In this document: positions 40,541 to 49,921 of the stretch, one piece after another
Numbering within the stretch: the stretch's first letter is position 1
Layout of the letters: each line of letters begins with the position of its first letter
Assembly: GCA_030549815.1 (NCBI GenBank)
Contig: JAUQQQ010000001.1
Coordinates: 90,873-154,872 of the forward strand
Length of the DNA stretch: 64,000 nt
Source of the DNA: a bacterium
GTDB lineage: Bacteria; DRYD01
Direction: 5' to 3'
Translations under genes and position numbers: made by a program
The notes under the pieces: model-generated
The model's input: only the letters and a program-made list of their open reading frames with translations
Told to the model about the DNA's origin: nothing
The model's database searches: none

Positions 40541-41854
40541 ATGAGATTTATAGGAAGGATAGAACATTTTGGAAGCCTTATATATGATACAGAAAGAAAA
40601 GAATACATACCGATAGATCAAGACGGAACTAACATAATTCTTAATGTATCTTCTAACGTTGACCTAGAAACACTTTATTACAAATATTTTTCACATAGAT
40701 TTAGTTATCTTAATTTTAAAAGTTTCTTACAACTAATACAGTCAATAGAAATGATAGATAAGGACTATAATTCTAACGTTGTTTTTTTAGAAAACTCTGA
40801 TTTGGAATTTTTTTTGAATAATAAATTCATTTCTGCTCCTTTAAAAGTTCATATTGCTCTTACATACGAATGTCATCTAAAATGTAGGCACTGTTTCTCT
40901 AATTCTGGTAAAAAAAGTGAAGAAGAAAAAAATTCAGAATTATCACCGGAAAAAATTATGGAATTTTTAGATGAAATAAAAGAAAATGGTGTATTTTACG
41001 TTTCATTTGGAGGAGGAGAACCATTCTTGAAAAAAGAATTCATAGAAATACTAAAAAAAGCAAATCAGAATAAAATGAATATTTCCATTTCCACATCACT
41101 AAGCAGTATAAACGCAAAGCAAATCATAGAAACAATGCAAAAAGAGAATATAAAAATTCAGGAATTCAAAATATCTGTGGAGGCAGTAAATTCAAAAGAA
41201 TACACCAATGTAAGAGGAAAAAATCTATTTGAAAATCTAAAGAACAATTTACAATTAATAATCAATTATAAAAAAGAAAATGATACTTTTATTAGATTTT
41301 CATTTGTTCTTAACAAACAAAACTATAGTTTTTTACCTAATTTTCTAAGTTTTGCAGAGCAATACAGTGCTGACGGATTAGTATTCTATCCAATTTACAA
41401 CGTAGGAAGAGCACAAGAACATCCTGAATCATTCCTTACAAACCAAGAATTAGAAAAAATTCAAAGGATGATTAATAACATGAAAGAAAGAACAAAAATA
41501 GAGATAGAATTTTTTAATATTCCCCTAAAATTCGGTAAAAACGGTTTGTATAACAATTTTGGATGTGGATGTGGTAAGACAACTATTTACTTAGATCCTT
41601 ACGGTAATATCCTACCTTCAGGAATGTTTATTAAATATGGTAGCAAATTTTCATTAGGTAATATAAAGGAAAAAAAATTCAAAGAAATATGGAAAGAAAA
41701 TGTAGAAAAAGAGCTCAACAAAATTGAAGCTGATCCTAAATGTAACAATTGTATGTATTTTGAAGAATGTAAAGGCGGATGTATGTTTAGATCTTTTGAT
41801 AAATATCAAAAATTATCTTATAAAGACCCCACTTGTACAATCAATCCCTTATAA
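40541..41854 (+). CDS. Radical SAM enzyme with C-terminal SPASM domain and N-terminal RRE-like extension (peptide-modifying maturase-like)
   Basis: CHLKCRHC is the CX3CX2C radical-SAM cluster motif, with GGGEPF (SAM glycine motif). The C-terminal CGCGK...CNNCMYFEECKGGC Cys-rich region is SPASM-type. About 100 aa precede the core and resemble PqqD/RRE (GSLIYDTERKEY...DGTNIIL). Confidence 0.75.
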   Translation: MRFIGRIEHFGSLIYDTERKEYIPIDQDGTNIILNVSSNVDLETLYYKYFSHRFSYLNFKSFLQLIQSIEMIDKDYNSNVVFLENSDLEFFLNNKFISAPLKVHIALTYECHLKCRHCFSNSGKKSEEEKNSELSPEKIMEFLDEIKENGVFYVSFGGGEPFLKKEFIEILKKANQNKMNISISTSLSSINAKQIIETMQKENIKIQEFKISVEAVNSKEYTNVRGKNLFENLKNNLQLIINYKKENDTFIRFSFVLNKQNYSFLPNFLSFAEQYSADGLVFYPIYNVGRAQEHPESFLTNQELEKIQRMINNMKERTKIEIEFFNIPLKFGKNGLYNNFGCGCGKTTIYLDPYGNILPSGMFIKYGSKFSLGNIKEKKFKEIWKENVEKELNKIEADPKCNNCMYFEECKGGCMFRSFDKYQKLSYKDPTCTINPL

Positions 41855-41857
41855 TCT

Positions 41858-42454
41858 ATGAAAGAAAATATTTATATTATTTTACAAGACATAAATTTTC
41901 TTATAGAAAAATTAGAAAATCAAGAAACTAATGAAGAATTACAAAATATAATTAAGGAAGCAAAAAGTATTATAAACCAAATAAATAAAGCGTTAGAAGA
42001 GAATAATGAAAAAGAAATCTACAAAAAACTCCTTGAATTAAAAGTTTTAGAATTTAAAATAATATTCCAAGAGGTAAAGGAAACAAATTTTTACAAATTC
42101 TGGGAAACTCTCATTAACAACATAAAAAAAAATATGGTAACCAGTGAAGAGCTTTATGAATTTTATAAGAACGAAATGAATAAACTCTTAATAAATGCTG
42201 AAATAATTTCTAACATATTAATCTTAGAAGATGAAGATATTGTATTTAGGACTATATTAGACATAATGTTTGGTGAAGCATTTAAAAGTTACTATCAAGT
42301 ACTTCAAAAATTACATGAATATATATTCAAAAATAATCCCTCGCTTTTAGATGAAATAAAGGAAGATTTGCCATTGGTAATCTTCTATTTTTTACAAATA
42401 CAAAAGCTAATCCCTGAAGAATATTCAGAAAACGTGGAAAGGTTATTAGAATAG
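41858..42454 (+). CDS. Hypothetical acidic helical protein (co-oriented with rSAM gene)
   Basis: The ORF starts 4 nt after the rSAM stop. No motif found. Confidence 0.45.
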   Translation: MKENIYIILQDINFLIEKLENQETNEELQNIIKEAKSIINQINKALEENNEKEIYKKLLELKVLEFKIIFQEVKETNFYKFWETLINNIKKNMVTSEELYEFYKNEMNKLLINAEIISNILILEDEDIVFRTILDIMFGEAFKSYYQVLQKLHEYIFKNNPSLLDEIKEDLPLVIFYFLQIQKLIPEEYSENVERLLE

Positions 42455-42455
42455 T

Positions 42456-43298
42456 ATGAAAAAAGTAGTAGGATTCATTGGGTTATGTAAAAATGTTGGA
42501 AAAACAACCTTTCTTAATAAATACATAAAAGAAAAAGAAAAGTATTTAATAACGAGTATAGGATGGGATGGAGAAGCAATTGATCATATTTTTGGAATAA
42601 AAAAACCATCCATATTCGTAAAAGAAGGTTCATCTGTTTGTACTTATAGCAATCTAAAACCTACAAAATCAGAAAAAATATCAGAGTTACCTATAGAAAA
42701 TCAGTTTTTAGGTAAATTGGAGATATACCGAATGAAAGAAAACGATATAGTTCAGGTAGCAGGTCCTTCTTCAATTACACAACTTAAAACTTTTCTAAAA
42801 TTTGCCGAAAATTTAGAAATCAGCGAAATAATAATTGACGGAGCTGCCGATAGAAGAATAACCCTTTCAGTTTCAAACGAAATTTTTTATATATGTGGGC
42901 CAACATATTCACAAAATGAACAAAAATTAATTAGAACAATAATTGGAATCATCGAAATGTTTAATATACCTATTATGGAACATGGTCAACAATTTATAGA
43001 AATAAAATCAATCAACAAAACAAATATCAACACATTGGATGAAAACCAAAAATATTTAATTGAAGATTTTAGTAAAATAGTTATGGATTATGAATTAATA
43101 CCAAAAGTTTTAAAAAAATTCAAGATATTTGTAAAAAAGAAACCTGAAAAGTTAAACATTGTAATCAATTCGTTTAATGCAGACCTTATGAAACACACTT
43201 TAAATACATTAAAAATAAAAGAGGAAGTAGGCCAGTTAATTGGTAGCACTAATATCATAGAGATTATAGAGCTTAATGTTAACACCTCTACACTGTAA
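42456..43298 (+). CDS. P-loop NTPase, possibly dethiobiotin-synthetase/CobQ-like fold
   Basis: GLCKNVGKTT is a Walker A near the N-terminus. IIIDGAADRR around residue 125 resembles the DTBS VEGAGG segment. It starts 2 nt after the previous stop. Confidence 0.4.
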   Translation: MKKVVGFIGLCKNVGKTTFLNKYIKEKEKYLITSIGWDGEAIDHIFGIKKPSIFVKEGSSVCTYSNLKPTKSEKISELPIENQFLGKLEIYRMKENDIVQVAGPSSITQLKTFLKFAENLEISEIIIDGAADRRITLSVSNEIFYICGPTYSQNEQKLIRTIIGIIEMFNIPIMEHGQQFIEIKSINKTNINTLDENQKYLIEDFSKIVMDYELIPKVLKKFKIFVKKKPEKLNIVINSFNADLMKHTLNTLKIKEEVGQLIGSTNIIEIIELNVNTSTL

Positions 43299-43346
43299 TA
43301 CATGGATTTTTGTTCTTCACCGAAGCAAACATATTTTTTCTTCTTC

Positions 43347-43371
43347 AAAGGGAGGGCATGCCCACCCTTTC
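43347..43371. terminator. Bidirectional terminator hairpin between convergent genes
   Basis: aaagggagggcatgcccaccctttc is a near-perfect GC-rich palindrome centred on gcatgc, flanked by A/T runs. It lies between convergent stops at 43298 and 43412. Confidence 0.5.
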
Positions 43372-43411
43372 TTATTGCTCATTAAAGCAATTATATTACC
43401 CTGTAAGTAAA

Positions 43412-43942
43412 TTAAACCAAAGTACTTCCACCTCGGTAAAGGGGTGATGACCAACTACCTCCACCTCGGTATGCCAAAACTGTCATTTCAGAATAATCAC
43501 TATGGAAATATCCCCAACTATCACCAAAATTACTTACGAAGTTAGAAAAGCTCATTGAAAAATTTGAAGCAAAGTTCATGGTAGATTGATAAAATCCACT
43601 CATGTTAGAAACAAGGGAATTAAATGAGTTATTTAAGAAGTTTGCTCCAAAAGAAAAAGATGATATAGCGTTAAAACCAGCATTCGCAATATTATTAACA
43701 TTCAAATTATTAACTATATTGTTGAAATTAAAAGAATTAAAAGATGCTTGCATTATGTTTGAAAAGCTGCTGTTAGAAATATGCATGCTATTAAAATTAA
43801 TGTTCTTAAAATTGAAATTATTGCTGCTAACAAACTTATCTTTTATTTTTTGCTTAAACGAGAAATGGACATTATTCTTGTTCATCTTAAAATGCGTCTT
43901 CATTGCACACATGTTATGTCCTAATCCTTTTATCTTGCACAT
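43412..43942 (-). CDS. Asn/Ser/Phe-rich low-complexity repeat protein (candidate RiPP precursor or structural protein)
   Basis: Strong SD AGGAGGTG lies 8 nt upstream of ATG 43942. 176 aa with a basic N-terminus (MCKIKGLGHNMCAMKTHFKMNKNN..) followed by dozens of F-x-S/F-x-N/N-F-N triads. No signal peptide. C-terminus YRGGGSWSSPLYRGGSTLV. Confidence 0.6.
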   Translation of the reverse strand: MCKIKGLGHNMCAMKTHFKMNKNNVHFSFKQKIKDKFVSSNNFNFKNINFNSMHISNSSFSNIMQASFNSFNFNNIVNNLNVNNIANAGFNAISSFSFGANFLNNSFNSLVSNMSGFYQSTMNFASNFSMSFSNFVSNFGDSWGYFHSDYSEMTVLAYRGGGSWSSPLYRGGSTLV

Positions 43943-44134
43943 ATAAATCACCTCCTATTAATAATATAAAAAAATAGTTTAGAAAAGGTATAAAACTTCG
44001 AATTGTTTTACAAAATTTTTACATGCTTTCCTGAGCTTTTTTTACATTATTTTTAACATTTTTTTTACATTTTATTTTTATCTTTTCTAACTTTTTTAGC
44101 ATTTACGTTATTTTGTCAAAAAATTAACAAGAAA

Positions 44135-46392
44135 CTAAAAACTCCAGTTTAATCCCAGAAAAATACTCTTTTTATAGCCAGGATACCTTGTCATAGGACG
44201 AGATAAATCTAAACTAAGTGGACAATCATATTTTGTATTAAATAAGTTATTAACGTAAAGAGTAAAATATTTATTTTGGTCGATATAATAACGTAAGGTT
44301 AAATTTGCGAGCCAATATGATTTTATTTTTTTCTCTGGTTCTGGAAAAACACCTTGACTTACCAACCAAGCCCAACCATCACTATTTATTAACCTCCTGT
44401 AATCATCAACTAAAACATCTGAAGTATATTTTAATTCAAAAGCAACAGATAAATTATTTGTAATATTTTGTCCATATTTTGCAAGTAGCAATAATTTAGG
44501 GGAATTTGGCAAGTATTCAAATATACCAGGAATTCCCTTAGTTACTCTAACGTTAGAATATGAAGCAGAAAATCTAATAAATTTTCTATGAGAAAACTGA
44601 TAAACATAATCTAAAAAAGCCCCTGTACTTTCTAAATTTCCATAACTTTTAAATACAAGCACACTTTCATCATAAGAAGCATCACCTGTAGTATCCGCTA
44701 AAGCACTATACTCATTTATTAGATTAGTTATCTTTGTAGAAAATACAGAAAAAGTAAAATAACTATTAACGTTTCTTTTTTTATATTCAGAATAGTATAT
44801 TAACTCCAGTGTTCTATGTCTTTCCGGAAATATTGATATGTCTTCGTTGGGTGCAAGATAATAACTCCACGTTCCATTTTCAATAACTTCATTGAAAAAT
44901 GGGAATCTTATATTTTGGGAATATATCAACTTTATAGCTTTATTATCCTTAATTTTCTTAATTATACCTATATTTGGAATAACTGCTGGTTTCGCATAGA
45001 TATTTTTTATTTGAAAAACATATCCTGTGCTAGTTACCTGGGAAAAGTTTTTATACATATTGGAATAATCATCATATCTTGCCCCTAAAGCTAAAATTAA
45101 ATCGTCCTTCAAATAATAATCCATATGAAAATACAAGGAAAAAAGGTTAAAGTATCTTTTCCCATTTACAAATTCAATTACAATATTCCTTTCTAAAGGG
45201 TTCAAATCTGAGTATAAAGATTCATAGGTATTAAATGAAAAACTCGATCTTTTCCATTCTAAACCCATCAACAATTCCCCTTTTTTAAATTTATAATAAA
45301 AATCATTTTCTACGGAAAAAATGTTATTTTTAAGCGAAGACACTGCCATACCCCAGTAACCAAGAATCATATTTGAAAAATTCGGTTCATAAACAGCTTC
45401 CTGATGTACACCATAAGAATAATAAGATAACTTTGTTATTATTTTTGAATTAGATGAAAGGTTAAACTTTCTTTCATAAAAAATAAACCTATTTCTATCA
45501 TTCCCAAACGAATAAGGGCTATTTATAAGATAAAAATACCCGCGGGATGGAAAATGATACCTCGATTGATAATCTATATATCCAAATTTTTCCGCTTCAT
45601 TATACAAGTAAAGAGCAAAATTAGAAGAGTAAGATCTATCAGAATAGTATAATCTATCATCTATTACAAAACCAAAATTAGGCAATGTAAAATCATTTAT
45701 GATTTTTTCTCAGGAAAGAAAATTTCTCTACCTTTGTAATTAACAAAATCCCACGACAAACTAAAATAATAATTACCAATTTTTTTATTAATCATGAATC
45801 CATTGTTGTTATTGATTTTATTATCATAGAAACTAAAATAACTATAGGTTTTGAAAACAGTATCCTTATAATAATCATCTTTATAGTACTTAAAGGATGG
45901 TATTAGATTTATTGTAGCAAGTAATGAATTGCTTCCAAAGTACACATTTGAATATCCATGGACTATCTCCAAAGCATGTACATAATTAGAAGGAATATTA
46001 ATAGGATATCCAGAGAAATAATTGTTTATTTGGTATCCATCAAATAAGAATAAAGATCTGGAGTTTATTGAGCCCGGTATTTGTATACCTCTATTTCCCA
46101 GGGACCAGTAAGTACCGTTATCTATAACATACAAACCTGGAGAAAAGTTTAGCAACGTTTTTAAATCAGGGTAATAAAAAAATCTTAGCTCCAAAGGCTG
46201 AACTAAAGATATAGTAGCAGCTGACTCTAATACACTCTTTGTGTATTTTGTAGAACTTTGAACAGTATTTATAAATTCTGTCTCCTCCATTATATATTCC
46301 TTATCATCTATCTCAGAAAAAGAGCTTTTTATACATATAAGAAAAAACGATAAAATAAAAATTAATGTTCTCAACTTTATAACCAACTTCAA
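44135..46392 (-). pseudogene. TonB-dependent receptor (plug + beta-barrel) interrupted by a frameshift in an A7 homopolymer
   Basis: The 45697-46392 ORF has a signal peptide and plug domain (NIPSNYVHALEIVHGYSNVYFGSNSLLATINLIP). The 44135-45685 ORF is the barrel, ending ...LGLNWSF. The frames overlap at the gagaaaaaatca tract (45703-45709) and ±1 nt fuses them. Confidence 0.65.
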
Positions 46393-46404
46393 TCCCTCCC
46401 AAAA

Positions 46405-47316
46405 TTATCTTTGATAATTCTTTTCAATGATAACAAACTTTTCTGGAAAAACATTTTCATACTTTATCTTCTTTAGTCCATAATTTTTAATAAAATCAAT
46501 AACTTCAAAAGCTAAATTCCCATAATCAAGAGCATAAACTATATCAACTCCATAGTTTAACAGAATTTTCTGAGTTGAAATTAACAATTTGTCTTTTCTT
46601 TTACAATAATAAATTAGTTTCAAAAGATTGTCTTCGTCAAGTACAAATACATCAGGTAGTAAAAATATAACATCAAATTTATCCAAAATTTCATCTATCT
46701 TATCCACATTGTAATTATTAACATTTATAGGATAAACGTTCAGTCCTTCTTTTTTACCAACATCCACCGCATACTTAACACTATACCCTCCTAAGTTGTA
46801 TATTATACCAACATTATTTTTATCAGGATATCTATTTTTTATGTCTCTAAACACTAATAGAAAATCTGGATAAGGGTAAAATACCACTACTCCTGAAGGT
46901 ACACCGATAACCTCGGGAGATAAAACCAAACACCATATATTTAAAGCTTTCCTATTAAAATTTTCCTTTGATAGATTAGCACCTTCACTCGCTATAGAAA
47001 TAACAACATCATATTTCATTAAATCATATTTTCTAATATCTTTAATACCAATAACATCACAATCATTTTTTCCGTAATAATTTACAAAATTGTCAACAAA
47101 AGATTTTACAACCTGATTTTCCTGCCCCATTAAAAGAGCGACCTTATATGTTTTTTGATCCCTAACTACAGACTGTGAAATATATATTTCATTTTTTGAA
47201 AATTCAAAAAGACTGCTAATAAAAGAATAGTAATCATCTTCATAATCATCTTCAGCAAAAACAGTAAAAGATAAAAAAAAGAATAATGTTAATAAAAAAA
47301 ATAAACTTCTATTCAT
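46405..47316 (-). CDS. Secreted/periplasmic substrate-binding-like protein (possibly ABC_sub_bind-type)
   Basis: Signal peptide MNRSLFFLLTLFFFLSFTVFA. An alpha/beta periplasmic-binding-like pattern is seen; family assignment tentative. Confidence 0.4.
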   Translation of the reverse strand: MNRSLFFLLTLFFFLSFTVFAEDDYEDDYYSFISSLFEFSKNEIYISQSVVRDQKTYKVALLMGQENQVVKSFVDNFVNYYGKNDCDVIGIKDIRKYDLMKYDVVISIASEGANLSKENFNRKALNIWCLVLSPEVIGVPSGVVVFYPYPDFLLVFRDIKNRYPDKNNVGIIYNLGGYSVKYAVDVGKKEGLNVYPINVNNYNVDKIDEILDKFDVIFLLPDVFVLDEDNLLKLIYYCKRKDKLLISTQKILLNYGVDIVYALDYGNLAFEVIDFIKNYGLKKIKYENVFPEKFVIIEKNYQR

Positions 47317-47335
47317 TTTTAGCCCCCTGTTTCAT

Positions 47336-47656
47336 TTATATATTATCTTCCAGAAATTTAATTAATTCTTTTTTAGATATAAAGCCAACAATATTATTAA
47401 CAACTTTTCCATTTTTGAAAAGTAGTAAGGTTGGTATTCCACTTATGTAATATCTTTGTGCTATTTCTATATTATCGTCGGTATTAATTTTGACGAATTT
47501 CACTTTTCCTTGATATTCTTTAGCAACTTCTTCGAAGATTGGTTCAAGCATTTTACAGGGCATACACCATGGAGCCCAAAAATCGACCAATACAGGAACA
47601 GGACTATTTAAAACTTCATTTTCAAAAGTATTCTGTCCTACATGAATTACAGCCAT
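47336..47656 (-). CDS. trxA: Thioredoxin (variant CMPC active site)
   Basis: VLVDFWAPWCMPCKML with typical Trx fold length (106 aa) and cis-Pro region GIPTLLLF. Confidence 0.8.
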   Translation of the reverse strand: MAVIHVGQNTFENEVLNSPVPVLVDFWAPWCMPCKMLEPIFEEVAKEYQGKVKFVKINTDDNIEIAQRYYISGIPTLLLFKNGKVVNNIVGFISKKELIKFLEDNI

Positions 47657-47748
47657 AAACTTCCCCCTATTACATTAAATATTTCAATTATTTTTTTCTA
47701 TAAAACCATTAACTACCCTTCTAATAGAAATGAACTTATTAAGGACCT

Positions 47749-48267
47749 CTATTTCTTTTTTTCAGCCATTTGCATAATTTTATCTTTAACAATATTATAT
47801 ATACCTCCTCCTATTGTGGCTCCTAATATTCCGCCTATAGGACCCCCTAACATAGCTCCAGCAGTTGTCAATAATGCAATATTAAAGAAATCTATAACAC
47901 CATGTTTTACTCCATCCAATCCCTTAAGAACTCCACCCAAACAAGCTACTTTCATTCTATTTTCTTTGTCAACGCCAACATCCTTAGCTGCAAGGTAACT
48001 ATTTATAGCTCCACTAAAAGCACCATATCCCATAACTAAAAATGGATAATAAATGCCCGACGCCAAGGTAAGAGTTCCTTTTAACATACCCTTTGCAAAA
48101 GAATCAAGAGTGCTTCTTTCATATCTATCCGCCTCAATACTTACTTCTTTTTTACCTTTCGGCCCTTTAATAAGCATGCTTTTCTCTTTTATCTCAACAA
48201 AATCATTTAAACCTTTTTTCTCTACAGATAATATTTCAAATTTTTGATTGATTTTATTAACTTCCAT
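47749..48267 (-). CDS. Hypothetical protein with C-terminal glycine-zipper membrane segment
   Basis: The C-terminal GAMLGGPIGGILGATIGGGIY is a GxxxG repeat. The N-terminal domain is soluble. Confidence 0.45.
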   Translation of the reverse strand: MEVNKINQKFEILSVEKKGLNDFVEIKEKSMLIKGPKGKKEVSIEADRYERSTLDSFAKGMLKGTLTLASGIYYPFLVMGYGAFSGAINSYLAAKDVGVDKENRMKVACLGGVLKGLDGVKHGVIDFFNIALLTTAGAMLGGPIGGILGATIGGGIYNIVKDKIMQMAEKKK

Positions 48268-48469
48268 CTAAAAGCACCTCCTTTTGTTTTAATCTCATCT
48301 TTGTTTGTAACCTTAAAAACAATAAAAATACAATAATAATTTAAAAAAAAAATGTTAAATTCAGCAATTATTTAATTATTATTCACAAAACAATAAAAAG
48401 ATTAAAAAATTTTGGAAAGGTAATTTTTGAAAATTATAAAAATAGAAAATGTAAAGGGAGGAAAAAAAT

Positions 48470-49921
48470 ATGGAAAACTATAGAGAAAAACATTTGGAAA
48501 GCTTAAAAAATCTTAATATTAATCCATTCGGATACCCTCTCAAAATTAGACCCAATACAAGCGTAGATCAACTAAAAAACAAATACAAAGATGTTTCGGA
48601 ATTACCTTCCGATAACTACATCGTAGGAGGAAGAGTATTAAATACAAGACACCACGGTAAAAGCATATTCGCAGACCTCTTAGGGCAAGAAGAAAAAATC
48701 CAAATATACCTGAAAAAAGACGAACTAAACGAAAAATTTGACATATTTAAAGATCTAATAGATAACGGTGACTGGATTATAGTAGAAGGATATTTATTTA
48801 GAACCAAAACAAATGAATTAACAATTCATGTAAAAAATTATCATTTCCTATCAAAGTGCTTATTAGAGCTTCCTGAAAAATGGCACGGATTAAAAAATCC
48901 AGAAATAAGATATAGACAAAGATACTTAGACCTATTCATTAATCCTCAAGTAAAACATAATTTTTTAGTAAGAAACAAGATAATAAAATTCATGAGATCA
49001 TTTTTAGATAATTTAGGGTTTATAGAAGTTGAAACCCCCATGTTAAACATAATACCCACGGGTGCATTGGCAAAACCATTTAAAACTTTTCATAACGCAT
49101 TAGGAGTTGAAATGTTTCTACGAATAGCACCAGAATTATACCTAAAAAGATTGATCGTGGGAAACTTTGAAAAAGTATATGAATTAGGAAAAGTCTTTAG
49201 AAATGAAGGAATATCAACAAGACATAATCCAGAATTTACAATCTTAGAACTATACAAAGCTTTCGCAGATTTATCTGATATGATAGATTTAACAGAAAAA
49301 ATGATATCCGAAATGGTAAAATCTTTATTCAATACCACAGTAATAGAATATCAAGGAAAAACTTTAGATTTCAATACCCCATTCAAAAGAATTTCTTTCC
49401 CAGAAGAACTATACAAAAAAGGAGTCGATATAGAAAAAATACGAAAAGATAAAGATTACTTGGAAAAAATTGCAAAAGAATTACATATAACAAATAAAGT
49501 TATTAGCCATGTTATAGATAAAGCTTTTGATGAATTAGTAAAACCAGAACTTATTAATCCTACTTTTGTTTTAGATTACCCTGTAGAGATTTCACCTTTA
49601 GCAATTTCTAAGTTCGACAACCCAATGTATGTTGAAAGGTTTGAATTATTCGTTGCCAATTTTGAAATTGCAAACGCGTTTAGTGAATTAAATGATCCAT
49701 TTGAACAAGAAAAAAGATTTTTACAACAAAGAGAATTGAAGGAAACAGGAGAAGAAGAAGCACACGAATATGATGAAGATTACATAAACGCTTTAAAATA
49801 CGGTTTACCTCCAACGGGAGGACTTGGCTTCGGAATTGACAGAATCGTTATGATCATGACAAACCAAAACTCAATAAGAGAAGTTATCCTCTTTCCAGCA
49901 ATGTTGCCAAAACATGAATAA
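48470..49921 (+). CDS. lysS: Lysine--tRNA ligase (class II)
   Basis: An N-terminal OB anticodon-binding domain (GRVLNTRHHGKSIFADL) is followed by class II motifs FRNEGISTRHNPEFT and GGLGFGIDR. Confidence 0.9.
   Translation: MENYREKHLESLKNLNINPFGYPLKIRPNTSVDQLKNKYKDVSELPSDNYIVGGRVLNTRHHGKSIFADLLGQEEKIQIYLKKDELNEKFDIFKDLIDNGDWIIVEGYLFRTKTNELTIHVKNYHFLSKCLLELPEKWHGLKNPEIRYRQRYLDLFINPQVKHNFLVRNKIIKFMRSFLDNLGFIEVETPMLNIIPTGALAKPFKTFHNALGVEMFLRIAPELYLKRLIVGNFEKVYELGKVFRNEGISTRHNPEFTILELYKAFADLSDMIDLTEKMISEMVKSLFNTTVIEYQGKTLDFNTPFKRISFPEELYKKGVDIEKIRKDKDYLEKIAKELHITNKVISHVIDKAFDELVKPELINPTFVLDYPVEISPLAISKFDNPMYVERFELFVANFEIANAFSELNDPFEQEKRFLQQRELKETGEEEAHEYDEDYINALKYGLPPTGGLGFGIDRIVMIMTNQNSIREVILFPAMLPKHE

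Noticed and set aside
43602-43946. 114-aa plus-strand ORF
   Set aside because: It lacks an SD and has a Leu/Lys antisense-like composition. It lies opposite the SD-preceded minus-strand NSF-repeat gene.
48268-48469. T-box/riboswitch leader before lysS
   Set aside because: No T-box (AGGGTGGNACCGCG) or L-box-like conserved elements were seen in the AT-rich leader.
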